Shown piece by piece: positions 13,387-27,562 of a stretch of 64,000 nt of DNA (position 1 is the stretch's first letter; the number at the start of each line of letters is the position of its first letter). This DNA comes from Bugula neritina (Eukaryota > Animalia > Bryozoa). The stretch spans positions 3,173,680 through 3,237,679 of the forward strand of contig OZ037767.1 of assembly GCA_964035545.1 (NCBI GenBank), in the 5' to 3' direction. Under the pieces are notes generated by a model, which was not told where the DNA came from, did not search any database, and saw nothing but the letters and a program-made list of their open reading frames with translations. Made by a program: the position numbers and the translations under genes.

Positions 13387-16300
13387 AAATATAAATCATA
13401 CCACATCATTATATAATTTTTCTTTATTAAAACTTGACATGATTGTAGATGTAAATGCCTTGAAACAGGATGTCACAACCCGCCATCTTGTCCTGCCGGT
13501 ACCATGGTAGCAGAATTGAGCAGAGGGAATGGAGAACCCGGTAACTGTTGCTCCCAGTACACCTGTGTCAACAGTGAGTCCTTGACCTTCCAGTGTCAGC
13601 TTTGGCAAACTATTTGGCTCTGCAGTGTTCTTTTAGTAAAACTACTTCAGCCTGGCAAATATTTTTATGAAATATTTTAATAACAGTTGCATCATCAATC
13701 AAGCTAATTTTGTCCCTAAATAAAACTTTATGAGTTCATCAGACTGAAGTGCTTGGTATGCAGACTGTAAGGAGACACGCTGCCGATTACAGTTTGTAGT
13801 TGAGTTCATAAAACATTCCTATTTGATAGATTATAGTCTTTATATATAGCAAAGATCACATCGAAACTGTTTGTACACGATCTCTGCAGTTTAATGTAGT
13901 TTCAATAACATTGCTGACAGTGATTCTCCCCCCTACCATTGTTGGCAGCGATTGTCATGCACAGGTCCTGAAAACTTTATTTCAAATGTTTTTTACAAAA
14001 TTAGGTTTCACACTTCCATATGCAATCATTTTATTATAAAAACACTGATTTTGTATCTATGCCGCTCAATAACAGTTGTATGCATCCCTTTATGCAATTC
14101 TTACACAACAAGCTGTAAAGTTGATATATTGGAAAATAAATATTTATTTAATTTAATATTATACTTTTGGTTAGCATTTTTAAAGATTTTATTGACAGTT
14201 ACACAAGTTGATGTGTGATATGCCTAATAATATGGAATAAATTTGTAGCTTCACTAGAATGTGGAATGGGCAACTCTACATTCACCAGTGAATCTGACAG
14301 CTGTATAGAATGCAAATGCAAGTCTGGTATAGTGACATGTGGCTATCGCACTTGCAGTCTACCTTCATGTGAGTGGGCAGCACTGGAACCTGGGAAATGC
14401 TGCCCACAATGCAAAGGTTTGTGTCGGTCTAACTTTTAAGGTGCAGAAATTGGGAAAATGCCATGTGTTCTAGATAAAAGCTGTAGCAAAATAGTAACAA
14501 TCTCATAAAAATTTTAAGAACCACTTAAAACCAAAATGTATTATAAAAAGTTGATTAAAATTTATCCATCGCTGCACCTAAATACAATTTTTAAATTGTG
14601 TCAGTCTCAAGTTGAATATGACGTCTCAAAGTTTTATGCAGACTAGTTCCATTCTATTTTGCTTTTAATAAATTTTTATGCGAGTCACATTAATAGTTAC
14701 CATTTATCATGATGATATTTTAAAATGACTCATCTCAGAGGGAGAAAACTCTTATCAGACATACTTTAAAACCTGTTACCCCTATGAAGTCTTATGTAAT
14801 CACCAGGCTGCGTGTCTCCTACGACTAGACAGAGGTATTCCATTGGTGAGAGTTGGTCAGAAGACAACTCCTGTATCCAGTGTCAGTGTGTCAATGGTCA
14901 GAGCCAGTGCACAGCGTCAGTGTGTCAGCGTCGCTGCCTAAACGCTAAGAAGGTACCAGGGAAGTGCTGTCCAGTCTGTGAAGATAAAGGTACAGTCACA
15001 CTGCTGTTTCTCCTTTATGCAACATAATATGTGGCACAATAAATAGGCATTGCATTGATCAGGTGTTGACATTTTTCTTTTAATTCAGAAATTTGAAGCA
15101 GATGATTTTATTTATATCATAGCTTTAATTAATCAATGTAGATGATTTAAAACTGGGCCTAGCTAGTATATCGGTTGAATGTATATCTAGAGCCTCATAA
15201 AATCAAAACATTAGAGCAAGAGCCATGTAAAAATCACATTCAGTGGTAAATGCAATCGACTTCTCTCATATTCACATCACATCTACTGCTTAAGCTATTT
15301 ATTATTCAGTATATTTCTTATTGTACGATAACTTATCCTCATTAATAATCTTGAAGGAACTAAAGCAGCTAATCTCCCCACATAAATGGATAGTTGTGGG
15401 CGCAAGAGTACTTCATAAACAAATAGACTGGTTGCACAATACAGCTCATTAATATTTAGATATAGCTGCAAACCAGCTTCATTACTAACTACTCATAAAG
15501 TCATTTGCTTATATTTTCATATTCTGATTGGAGCAAATTGCTTCTGAGGCTGTTGATAATTCCATTATCTCACCCTAGGTGGGCACAAGATTTAAATTAT
15601 GGAGAAATGTAAATAACTGCATTCAACTTATTCTCAATGTTATTCAGTAATGCTTCTTTACAAGTAATAGTATCAATCCTTTTCCCTTCTATATCTCATG
15701 CTATTTTTATTAAAAAAAGAATTTATATCAAAATCCTTTGAAGTTATTTTTGCTATCATAGTTATTGGAAAGTAAAAACTGGATTAATATTTGTTTACAG
15801 CTTGCTAACATACTATACTTTTACTATTAGTGACTGGAAATCAATGAATTTTGTCTTGACTACTCAAAATCACATTTTTATAAGGTATAAGAACATTTAT
15901 GTGAAACCCCATCACTTGGATTTCAGCTTGGGGACATTAGGCATGCATCAGTAAACAAGTTATGAATTTAATTGGGTTTTCGCAGTTTAATATTCTAAAG
16001 TTATACTTAAAGGCATTTGAAAGTTCTATTCTAGAACCTAATTGAATTATTTAACTATTTTTAAACTTCAAACTTTAAAAAACTTAAGGTTATAAAATCT
16101 GATCTTCTTATTTATAATAAACTAAGTTCACGTGTTTACTAAGCTTTTCATTTATTACTAGTTGTGTCTTTCACTGCATAGCATAAAACAAGCACTGTGT
16201 TGGACCAGGTAGCATTTACCTGTCAAGATAAGCATGTTTATATTGAACAGTTTGTTCATAGTGCAAGGTGTTCTAATTATGATGAAAGTTTGTTTGTTTT

Positions 16301-18350
16301 AAACTTCAAAGAGAACTAAAATCAATTACTATTTGCTTTATAAACTATCAATAGCAAATATTACACAGTGACAGTATTTTTACGCTACAAACTATGCCTT
16401 TAGTGACAAAGACCCAAGCCTGCTATACTCAAATTGTTTTATATTCTTTTAAGGACTACAAATCAAACCCAAAAGGTGTCATGTTTCCAGTTTAGTTTTA
16501 TTGAGCTGCGCCTAACAACAATGTAATAAATTTGTTTGTTGTGGCTAGGCTTTCCATTCAGCTACGGCCATTTTCAAAAACAAATTGTTTTCATATTATC
16601 ATTATACCATCAGCTTTAAAGAGTCAGTGTGCCTAGATTTGAAATACTTAGTTTTATGTTGAACAATAAATCACAATCTGTTAGAATCTAGACTCTTGTT
16701 GGACCCCATTTCCTCAATTTGTAAAGATGCTTTTTCCAGTTCACAAATTGTAACTAGGTTAGATAAACTTTTAGTTCAGGGGTGTTCAACCTTGTTGGAG
16801 CGAGGGCCACTGAAATGGAAAATTTCATGGGGAGGGCCACATTGTAAAATTTAGCTGGGGCTAGGGACCACAGCATCAGTGTTTTTCGAATTATTTTATT
16901 TAATTACACAATAAAGTTCCAATAATTACTGTAGCTGCATGTTTTCAGCATATATAAAGATAAGACATTTAAAATGTGGTTTTCCCACTTTAGTACATAT
17001 ACATGTGCAACATAATTTTATCTGTTATGCCATTGAGGGCCACATAAATGTAGGCTGGGGGCCACCTGTTGGACAGCTCTGTTCTAGTTAAATATTGGAC
17101 ACACAAAACCTCAGGCTTTTTGATTTGAGCTGCAAGACATTTGTTTATATTTAGAATGCATTTCTTCACTCTTAGCACTATTTAGACTGAGATTCATAGA
17201 CTTTGCAATGTTACATATGTTTATCACTTGTTTTTATGATGTGTGTAATAAATCAGATACCTGGTTTAATTGTTTGCTCAAAAACAACAATGGGAGTGTA
17301 AGGAGAGCAAGACAGTTACAGATGATATATAATGTGTATGTAGCCCCTGGATCGCACATACATCAAATGATATTTTTGATATAGATGCATAGTATCTAAC
17401 ACCAACAAAGCAGTTGAAAACTAAAAATAACATTTTCAATAAAATAATATATGAAAGTTGTGTATGTTTTTTATTAGGCTTTGAAAGAATTACATGTAAC
17501 TCCAACATTTTCTTATAAGAAATTTATTTTAGAAAAAAGCCATGCTGTATTAATTTTTTAACCTCTTTGAAGCTTGATCATGGTGAATAGTGTTTTAATC
17601 GAAATTTAACTGCTCTTATGGCCATTGATAACAGGTAGAAAAAACCCGGATTTCAGTCATTATATTATATTGCATGCCGCCATGGAGTGTTTCTTCTCTT
17701 ATACGTATTTAATTTATGTCACTTGGTTTTGGGTGTGTTTTGAGTTGATTTGGGAGAAGTTGAAGTGGTGTTGAATAAAAAAACTTTCAAATCGCAAGGA
17801 CATTAAAGTAAATTCTAATTTATTTCATTTGCTTACAAATTTGTCTACACATTAGTGCATAATTTTCTCAACACTATTTTCTCATCATTGGTTTTTAATT
17901 TTATTCAACAGTAAATAATATGACAAATTGCAGTGTGTATATATAATACGTTATATAATTATCTTATATTATTTTATGTGATGAAGTCATTATTTCCTCA
18001 TTTATAGCAGTTATACATGATTTTACAGATACTTATGCAGTTTATAATGGAACCTTTCCTGACATTACTACCCCTGTGATATGTCCAGTAGAAAGTGATT
18101 GCCCAACCAACTGCAGGAAGAAATTGACAGTAGAGATCAATGGATGTGCTGTTTGTCTATGTGAAGGTTTGTGTGAAGATGTCAACTATTACGTTACATG
18201 CAATGCTTCATAAACTATTTGTATAGACCAACTCATTGACTTTAAATTGACTTTAATTAAACTTAGTAAAACTGTATATATCCTACAGTCTACACACTAC
18301 ACACTATAACACACTACCCACAACACGTGCGTACACACACACGCACACGC

Positions 18351-18393
<43 letters not shown>

Positions 18394-21300
18394 CTGTGTA
18401 CAGTTGTGTATGAGTTGCTGCTGTAAAACACATTACTGTTACTCTGAAATAACGTAAATTCTGTCTTCTAAATTAATACTCATAATTCTCTATTTACTGT
18501 ATGCATGCTTTAAGTTTTTTATTTCAGATGACATCCTTATGTGCCCAGGCAGTACTAAGTGTAGTAAAGTTTGTCCTCATGGCTACAAGAAAGATCGGCA
18601 AAAGGGATGTTCTCACTGCAGATGTCAGGCCTGCCCCACTTTTAGTTGTAGTCTAACCTGCCCCCAAGGCTATGCCAAGGACTTTTCTGGCTGCAATCTT
18701 TGTCAATGTCAAGGTTAGTTGATAATTTAGAAGTCGTCTTCTTCAAGAAAATATTTTATTTCACCTTTTTGATTTAAAAAGATTACCATAGTGTAGAGTA
18801 GGTTGTGGAATATGTTACTTTTTGCTTATTAAATTAAATATGTTTTTTAACTCTTGTTGTCATAGATTCAGCAACTCCAACTCCAACATTAGAAAACTTA
18901 CTTTTCAGCTTTTCTAACACTGAGGACACAAGTTTCTTGTTTATAGGACCTAGAGTTGAAATAAATGAAAACGAATGCTTGCCGAATAAAAAACCTGCTG
19001 TGGAGAACATATTAATTTCTGCAGTTGAACAAAATATTACTTTTAGGTATATTTTTACTTGTGCACTGTAAAGCTTATTTGTTTTGTGCAATTTTTTCTC
19101 TCTTAGAGTTTCCATTCAATTGATAGAGTGATATGGTTAATTAGTTACCTCTACAGTTGCAAAGAATTATACATTTTCAGTGGTAATTTCTGGCTCTTTT
19201 AGAAGACACCAAAGTGACAACAACTCCAACCATCTGCTTCACATCTGAGGGCAGGACATACAGCTCAGGAGACAGCTGGTTTGATGGATGTCACCAATGT
19301 TACTGTGAGAATGGCAGGGAGTTGTGTTCCCTCATCAACTGCCCGCTAGTGTCTTGTAAACAACCGCTGGTAAAGCCAGGAGATTGCTGTCCATCCTGCC
19401 CTTTCGGTGAGCAGGAAATGTTTGCTTAGTTAAAATATAGATTTAATGAAATGTTTATGGTACATATAACATATATATTATGTTAATATAATAGATTTAA
19501 TAGAATGTTTATGATCAGTCGTTATTGCAATATTTGCTCTCTAAAAACAGATGCTTTTTAAAATACATTACTTGAACTTATTAAAATATAAACAAAAAAT
19601 ACTGGCATCATGACTAAAATTTGGTAACTAAAAATTAAATTATTTATATAACATCTAAACTAAACCAATGTTTCATTTATAGTAAAAAAATAGAATCTAA
19701 ATAATATAGAAGTTTGATTTAGTTAGCCATGGTGTAGTGATTAGAGTGCTGACCTGGTAAATTGGAGGTCAGTTGTTTGTTGATGTTAGGAAGGGCATCC
19801 AATCATAATTGCCCCTGTGCCACATCAGAAAAAGCCTTAAAAGCTCCCTCTTCATTAGGGGTTCTCGTAGGAAGAGCGACTATAAACTTGCATGGGGTTT
19901 TTGCATAGAAACGTGATTTAGTTTTTTGATATTGTAATTATCCAATCAATTGTAGAGGCAGCAACAGCTTCAACTGTGAACATATCAACCAGCTGTGTCA
20001 GCACAGACGATCAGGAACATCTGGAAAATGACGTCTGGCAGCTGGATCCTTGTACTGTCTGTATGTGTCTACAAGGTGATGCTTTCTGTGAGACGAAGAG
20101 GTGTCCACCCACACTGTGTGCTCACCCTACCACAAGGGACGGGGAGTGTTGTGCCTCTTGCAATGGTAAGTTGTCTTCTCATTGACAGTTATCTGATTTT
20201 TGACTTCTACCCTAAGACTGAGTTCAAACCACATGTTGTCTTTTGTTCGCTCTACATTTATAATCTCATTAATTACTGTATTTAAATATAAAAAGATGTA
20301 ACCCAAAAACTTATTGGAAAAATTTGGTTATTAGTTTTTTGAGTTGTTTTTATAAAGAAGACTTGAAAACCTGTTAGCATGAGTGCACTTCCCAGGTGTT
20401 TGAATATAACTAGTCACACCATGTCTAAGTCTAAGTCATATCTAAATTAAAATTAAATTGCAATGTAAAGATGTTAAACTAAAAAATATTTATTCTTACA
20501 AGCATTTATGTTTAGTTAGTTTATATAAACATTCTGGGATCTAAAATCTGCTTATATCTGTAAAAGATTTGAAATTTATTGAGATTTATCTAAAAGTATG
20601 AAAATAAGTGCATCAGAAATATTGGTCCTGTGATATAATAAGCCAAATTTACTAATGGCTTTTTAAAATTCTTTTTTTCCTCACATCACTGAGTAAAACT
20701 CCACAGAACACAAATTAACACGCTGGTTAGACTCAAATGTAGGTTTTCTAATTTATAGCAGAGGTCTTTCAAGCTTGACATATAATTAGTGAAATTAAAT
20801 TTTACTGTAAAATATAAACTTTATATAGAAAGAACTATTTATTTTATTTTTCATTTATCTTACAGGTGAAATTGAATCTCAACCAATCACTGCAGTTGGT
20901 AAGCCTTGCACCACACTCTCAGGTGTAGAGTTTGACCACGGTAGCATCTGGAAGTTGGGGGACTGCCAGAGTTGCACTTGTAAAGACGGGACAGTCACTT
21001 GTTTTTCTCAAACATGTCCAGTCTTACTGTGTAAGACCACAGTGCAGCAGAAAGGCCAATGCTGTCCCAAGTGTACAGGTTTGTCAGTTTATATCATACT
21101 GTCTGCAAAATTGCTTAGAGGTCAAAGTACTTATTAATTTTTTCAAGATAAACATTTTTAGAGCTCTTTTGAAAAGTCCTGATGGTAAAGGATTGTATGT
21201 ACACTTTAGATGTGATATGCATAGACTTGCTATAATTTAGCTCAATCATGCATATTTTTATGTTCATAATTTTTTTTTCAAATTATTATATATTAATTAA

Positions 21301-22308
21301 TAGCATCTCTCTGGTGGTAGGATATGAAATAATTTTATAAGAGTAAAAATTTGCTATATTTACAAAATAGTAAGTAGGTTATTTTATATTTTATGTATTT
21401 TAGCAGAAAGTACCTACGATAAAATATGCATATATGAAGGTAGCTGGTACACACACTTGCAAACATGGAAGGACAACTCCCTACAATGCACTTGTATTCA
21501 TGGCCAATCTGAATGTAAATCTGTAGACTGCATTCCTTGTAAGGAAGACCAAAGTAACGGAGGGGAAAAACCGCGCTGCTGCTTACAACCAACTGGTTAG
21601 TTCGTCAATTAGCAATATACATAATATACTAATATAATATAAATAATAATGATATAATATCATAACAATATCATATAATATTATAATTATTAAAATCCCG
21701 CTATCCAAACAGGACAAAGCGAGGATAGGTGAAGATATTATTTTACAAGTTATTTTGCGAAATCAAATTAGCAGATATTTGTTGTGATAAATTGATGATT
21801 GGAATGCTCTTAATTTGAATTTTGAATTACTATTTGCTATCAAGTTTTCTTATTCTCAGTTAGCATTTATTATAAAATATTATAGAATAATATGATAGAT
21901 GGTTCTACATGTACACTCTATGCATTTTATATAATATTTGAGTTTGTATTTTTAGCTGAAAATGACGAGAGCTTTCTGCCCACTAGAATTGGTCTCCCAA
22001 TGATAATTTTGTTCTCAGTCCTTCTACTGGCGTTCGTCATCGTCATAGCTCTGCTGGTTGTCCTTATTGTGCGGCAGCGGCAAAAGCACAAAACCAAGCT
22101 GACAGCGATACCAAAGATCTTGGAGAGCCGAGTACTGCAAGGTGCTCAAGACGCTGCAACTAAGAAGAGACCAAAATCAACAAACCTGGAGTTTCTGCAT
22201 TCTACTACTGAAAACAGATATAATACGACAATGGCGTTAGGGGATACTGAGTGTTGCAAACCACTTGTAGAAAAAACACTTAGCGGGAACGAGTATATAC
22301 AATGTTGA
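5222..22308 (+). CDS. CRIM1: Cysteine-rich motor neuron 1 (CRIM1)-like type I membrane protein: signal peptide, IGFBP domain, Cys-rich region, 6 VWC, 3 antistasin-like repeats, TM, cytoplasmic tail; about 828 aa
   Basis: 13 phase-consistent exons: 5222-5489, 8720-8845, 11030-11150, 13449-13573, 14249-14416, 14807-14989, 18029-18166, 18528-18713, 19203-19406, 19956-20165, 20866-21078, 21404-21595, 21956-22308 (2487 nt). IGFBP motif DVCNCCPVCAQGEGDKCGG..CGLGLYC; VWC motifs CxxCxC..CCxxC; antistasin CxxxCPxGYxxDxxGCxxCxC; TM IILFSVLLLAFVIVIALLVVLIV. The order IGFBP-VWC2-antistasin-VWC4-TM is the CRIM1 architecture. Confidence 0.93.
8480..8604. repeat. Minisatellite, about 42-bp unit x3, CRIM1 intron 1
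   Basis: Unit aactatatatactctaacctatgtatagggctttcgtattta. Confidence 0.9.
10668..10757. repeat. Minisatellite, about 25-bp unit x3-4
   Basis: Unit approximately gttactgtagccatgttggat(N)n. Confidence 0.75.
13335..13384. repeat. (TA)n microsatellite
   Basis: Direct. Confidence 0.95.
16777..17081. mobile_element. Non-autonomous hAT (Charlie-like) MITE, 305 bp, in a CRIM1 intron
   Basis: Left terminus caggggtgttcaac; right terminus gttggacagctctg (reverse complement cagagctgtccaac). The 8-bp flanks ttttagtt and ttctagtt match 7/8 and resemble the hAT-Charlie target. Internal gagggccac subterminal repeats. Confidence 0.8.
18332..18390. repeat. (CA)n microsatellite
   Basis: Direct. Confidence 0.95.
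19722..19840 (+). mobile_element. tRNA-derived SINE copy (internally deleted)
   Basis: A-box-like tggtgtagtgattagagtg, then the shared core gatgttaggaagggcatccaatcataattg also seen in copies at 31.7 kb and 55.2 kb. Confidence 0.75.
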
Positions 22309-23650
22309 CTCCGTCAATGGAAGCTTTTACTTTTAAGAACAGGAGTGCATACAATGTTAACTTTGTAAAATCTCCAAGAAATAAGTGCATGCAAGGTTAC
22401 TTGACAGGAAATGGATGTGAGCTAACAGGAAATGGTTCTTTAAGATAGTATAAACGTTGGCTCATGAATACACTTGCAGTATGTCTAGTGATTAAGCTAT
22501 AGATAAGGGCACACAACCTAACACTACACAGTTATGGTATTACTATAGTTAAGTCAACATTTACATAGAAATCTATCTTATAAGGAAATACAGGGTATAT
22601 ATAGAGGTGGTGATTTTATTCATCTAATAACTCTCAAACCTAGAAATATTGTCAGATGCTTTGAAATTGGCAATATGCACAGTAAAATGATGTTTAAAAC
22701 TAAGCTAATAAAATACAGGGACATAATTTTGCTAGCTACCTTTTCATAACACTCTTTGCATAAATATCTCTCAATATTCTTGAATATATGCTGTTTCAAG
22801 GTTTAGCTTTTTTACTAAAATTTTACTGTTAATCGATAAGATAGATATTGGGTTTCTATGTAGTTTCAACCTTAAAGTTATGCCTACTCATGTCCTAATC
22901 ACTTTGCTTTACATAGAAAAAATGATTTATTGCATGAACTATTGCATTCTCTCATCTTATGAGTTCCTATGAGTTTGTATCTAAAGTATGTACAGTATGT
23001 TTATAGCAGTATATGAGTTTCCCTGGACACATTTTAATTATCATTAAGTACCTTTACTAGTACCTTGCATTGTGCTTTTTTATTTTGTGAGCATTCTAAA
23101 GTTGCATGATTTATGCAAGTATTTAATATGTAAACATCTTGTAAATATTTATTGCTATATTGTATTAAAGCTTGATTTATTTTTGTATTATTATATCCTC
23201 TATATCCATATAGTATACGGTTTTTATATTTTACTGATGCTGTTGACACCTTAATCCCATATTGTTATTACTGGCTTATATTTCAAGTATAAACACAATT
23301 TTTTTCAAAGGTGTACACAAGTAGTTTTAAAGTTATTATATTATGTTAATACTGTATGTGTTAATTTATATATATAAATCCAAATATATTATTTGGAAAT
23401 CTTACAGAAATTGCCTTTTATTATTGTTCATAATGAATCAAATATTTCAAATGCAGAAAGGAACTGATGATTTGTTAAAATAAATTTGAAGTTGCCACAT
23501 TTTATCCAATATGTGGAATGAAATAGTTATGCATTAAAACTTTCAACTGGTGAAAATTTTGTTGAAGCATGAACAATAAATAAAGTTGACAAAAAATTAA
23601 AGCAGCATTTCAGAGTCATGAGATAACTTCAATAATGTTTATAATATTAG

Positions 23651-23654
<4 letters not shown>

Positions 23655-23744
<90 letters not shown>
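23655..23744. repeat. (TA)n microsatellite
   Basis: Direct. Confidence 0.95.
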
Positions 23745-24193
23745 CACAATATATATACTGTATATAATGTGTTTTCATAGCTTCGTATAATACAAAACTT
23801 GGAAACGTAATGTATTACAATAAAAGTACTTAATGTAAAACATGTTGTCTTATCTCATAATATTAAGAATTTATTTTAGTTTAAACATTCCAGATGTTAC
23901 TTCCTGCCACCTGATCAGGAGACAACAGTGAAAGGTGAGAGCTCCGGTTTATACGGATCACTGAGTGTTTTTTAGATATACAGTACCATTGTTTCTGCAT
24001 GGTGTTTTGTCCAGTGAAGGCTTCATCGTGGATTTGATCTAACTTCAATCTTCTAAAGCAGCTGTTAGTAAAAGCTTTATATATTGTTTGATGACTATAA
24101 TTAATTTCATTCATTTTAATAAAGACTGGACTGACATCTAGAATAAATTATTGAATGATAGAGCGCAATCCAATTTACATTCAAACTGTGGAA

Positions 24194-24260
24194 AATTATG
24201 ACTAGATGCTCTTTCCAACATCACCAATAGCCTCTACTGAGTGAGGATCAAACTACTGAC
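24194..24260 (-). mobile_element. Partial copy of the same SINE family
   Basis: aattatgactagatgctctttccaacatcaccaatagcct matches aattatgactggatgctcttcctaacatcaccaatggcct at 31766-31805. Confidence 0.7.
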
Positions 24261-26009
24261 GTAATATTATTATGATGCGCTGCATTTTTTTCGTCATGAG
24301 GCTCTTCAAATTATTTTGTTGAATTTTTCTAGCTATTTCAGCTACCCAAATTACCCAACAATAAAAAGGATGCAGGAACAATAAGTTCAAGATCCTAGCT
24401 AGCTTTTTTCTGTTCAGTTCATATATAGATTAGCCAGAAATTGTTAATAAAATTGCCTTACTGTTTTAGGCGCCAAAAATTTTTTCATAATAACAATACC
24501 AAAAGTGCTCTTTTTGATATCCCAGAAACTTAAAAACTAATTAAAACTATTTGAACTTCTAAAAAAAGCTAATTATGACAATATAGCTATTATTTTCCTG
24601 CAGAGTTTTAGTTACCTCTACCAAACTTGAATTACTTCTTTACATTTAGCAGGGCAATTATTGCAGGCTTAGTGTAATATTTATACTAGAATTTATACCC
24701 GCAGCACAAACATACAACTAATATTTTAATCTATTACTTGCAGCAGCTAAAAACATGCATTGAGAGTTGTCTTACAACACTGGGTGTTGCAGGTGGTCAT
24801 ATTCAATCATTTAACCCTATAATTTAGGCCTCTCTGCCCACATACTACTTCCTTTATAATTATACCACTGCTGCAAGAAGTTTGGCATGCAGTCATTCAA
24901 AGCTGTATTTGCATAGCAGGGTGACATCTTTTCATGTGTCACGTTTGACAACTCCCACTCCATCGTCCACTTGAACCCTGCTCTTCAAGTTGATATATGA
25001 CTTTAATTTAATTGCTATTCTAGAGATTTAAGGTTTGTCATCACACAAGCTGACACACCAATTTCTTTAGTTGTAACCAAATGATTTTTTAATTTCTTGA
25101 AAATAGATTACACGCATATAGATTGCCACATGCATGAATATTATATTTCAAGCTAACAGATAAAGCCATGATTGACCTATTTGTGGATTGTTCATAATAT
25201 TATTATGTTTAGTAGTGATCTCTAGACATCAATTAGAAGTTCTGCAGTAAACAGTAGTATTGAGAATTAGATGTCAATGCTAGTATAGGTTGCCCTCAGG
25301 GAAAGAGTCTACAACACTAACCGTTGAAAGACAGTTGAAAACTGCAGGTTTCATTCTTTTATTCAATTAACAGAGAGTGTTACAGCTGGAAAAGAAATCT
25401 TCATCAGTAAATCTGAAGAAAATTGTGAAATGTTTGCTAAAAATATTTCTAAGCAATTATAACAATTGTTCTTTTAAAACTAATAATCTAAAAACCAAAG
25501 TATCTTTTATGAACGATAGCTATAAGGTTTTGAGCTCTGCAAATGGTGCATATTATATTGAATTGTATAGCTCCTATTAGATATTTATAGATATTTATAA
25601 TTAATTATTATGGACTGGAAGCTAAAGCCACTACATTTTCATAATTCTAAAATGAATGGATAATTTATTTTCACTCAGTAAAACATCACAGGTTGAATAA
25701 ATAGCAAAATTTTCATTTTCTTCACAAATTTAGTATTGTAGACATTTGAAAAGCTTGCATTATATTGAAACCTTTTGAAATTGCTTCAACCCTAATTTGA
25801 TAACATATAGAAAGACATCATGAGCTTTGATAGTCTATATACACTTCATAATGAAAAAGAGCATGAGTAGGTTGTGTCAGCACTGATGCCTATGTGCAGC
25901 ACGGATGCTGTATATACTGGTTACACAGATGAAGGGTTAATGGATGTAGGACACAACTCAACGTTTCGCCTAATGCCAACAGTTTATTTCTCTCACAAAA
26001 CTGAAACTG

Positions 26010-26150
26010 TAACAATTATTTGGACAATAAAGTTTAAGTTGCCTGCATCTTCAACAAAGGAAAAATTGAGCTGTACTGACTCATTAAACAAAAACTACCA
26101 GTAAAAAGCTATTGCAAAAGCTTCCACAAAAAGCCTTCCTAAAACAATAC
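26010..26150 (+). repeat. Unclassified interspersed repeat, copy 1 (inverted relative to 53000-53150)
   Basis: caattatttggacaa..ttgcctgcatc..ggaaaaattgagctgtactgactca..aaaagctattgcaaaagcttccacaaa aligns by eye to the reverse complement of 53000-53150. Confidence 0.75.
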
Positions 26151-27562
26151 TTTTCTTAAAGCTAGGGCAAAAAGCTCTTGCAACATAAGTGTTACAAAGT
26201 TTTCAAACTATAATACACAGTAACATGCTATATGTGTAGACAATTCATTTAACTCTTTCTGCATCGAGTAAAAATGGTGAAAGTATTATTTATTTATATA
26301 TAGGCACTTGTTTCAGATTTCTTTTCTATAAAAATGCACACGTCTTCAAGTTTCAGGGTGTCTCCTGATAACTATTTTGGGATCAAAAGTTGAAAGGTCA
26401 ATTACCGACCCCATCAAATATCTCAAGATGTCTACAGCATAGATATGAAGATATACACAGCATGTTGTTACTATTAGTCTTACTAGTTATAGCATTATCT
26501 TGATTATGCAGCCTAATAATATGCTTCTATACACAGAATCTGCTAATGTCATTGGCTTTCTTTCTACTAGTAATTATTTGTTGGCCAGTGAGGTTATATA
26601 TAATATTTATTGATTTCTTTCACAAGCTATAGCCATAAACATTTGTACCAGCAGTGCTGGTGACTGCATTAACTATACTGCGAGCCTTTGGGCACTGTCA
26701 TATCTAGGGCATTGCAAAATATTTTATTGCATCATTCTACAGCCATACTCAAGTAAAGAAGGAGTCAACTAAAATAAATTTATCAGCTGTGTGTAAATGT
26801 AGCACCATTTCTCAAACTGGAAGTGTAATAATTCTACTCATGTGCGGTAAGTTGATGTCTACATTGTAGTCTAACTTCAAACAACACACATTCACAGCAG
26901 TTATAAATTTAGCATATTTGCTGAACTATAAACTAACTGACCAACGCAATTTCAGATATTACCATTTTGATTATTCAAAATGAAAAGCAAAAATGTTGTA
27001 ATGTAAGTAGATGTAGCTGGTTAGTTGCATCTCTGTGAATGCTAGTGTCAACTGTTAGGAAACAGTTGTTTATGTTGAGAAATTTCTGTTTATGTTCTCG
27101 TGCATTTTCTAACTTGAAGTTTTTGAGAGAAATTTGCTGTTATACAGCTGATAGTAGATTTATGTAACAAAAGTTTTCTCCCTGGGATAAAGTCAAACTA
27201 TACTAAGTCCTAGTCTAGTCTACATATATACATTGCAAACCCATAACACTAACAGCGAGGAATTAAAACAAATCACACATACAATAGCATATACATTAAC
27301 AATAGCAGTACCAGTATCTGTAGCATTTATACATTGTAATATCGTCATACACTATATATACAAAAGCTCATGCTATGAATGTCAATCAATGTTTTATTCA
27401 TGCAATCAATATTATATCTATTGCAAACACAGACAGGTTTGAGTTTGCCATAAGGTTGGTTATCAAAAGTAGCATCTATATATATGCTGGTGCTGTTAGA
27501 AATGGATTAGTTAAAACAAAGTATGCTATATTTTACTCGCTTTGTATTACAGGTCCTCCATC

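Noticed and set aside
5222-22308. Kielin/chordin or BMPER instead of CRIM1
   Set aside because: The N-terminal IGFBP domain, antistasin repeats and TM segment are diagnostic of CRIM1, and there are no CHRD or VWD domains.
23881-24114. 77-aa minus-strand ORF and a small plus-strand exon-like segment near 23894-23934
   Set aside because: No recognisable homology and no partner exons found. It could be a UTR exon but is unsupported.
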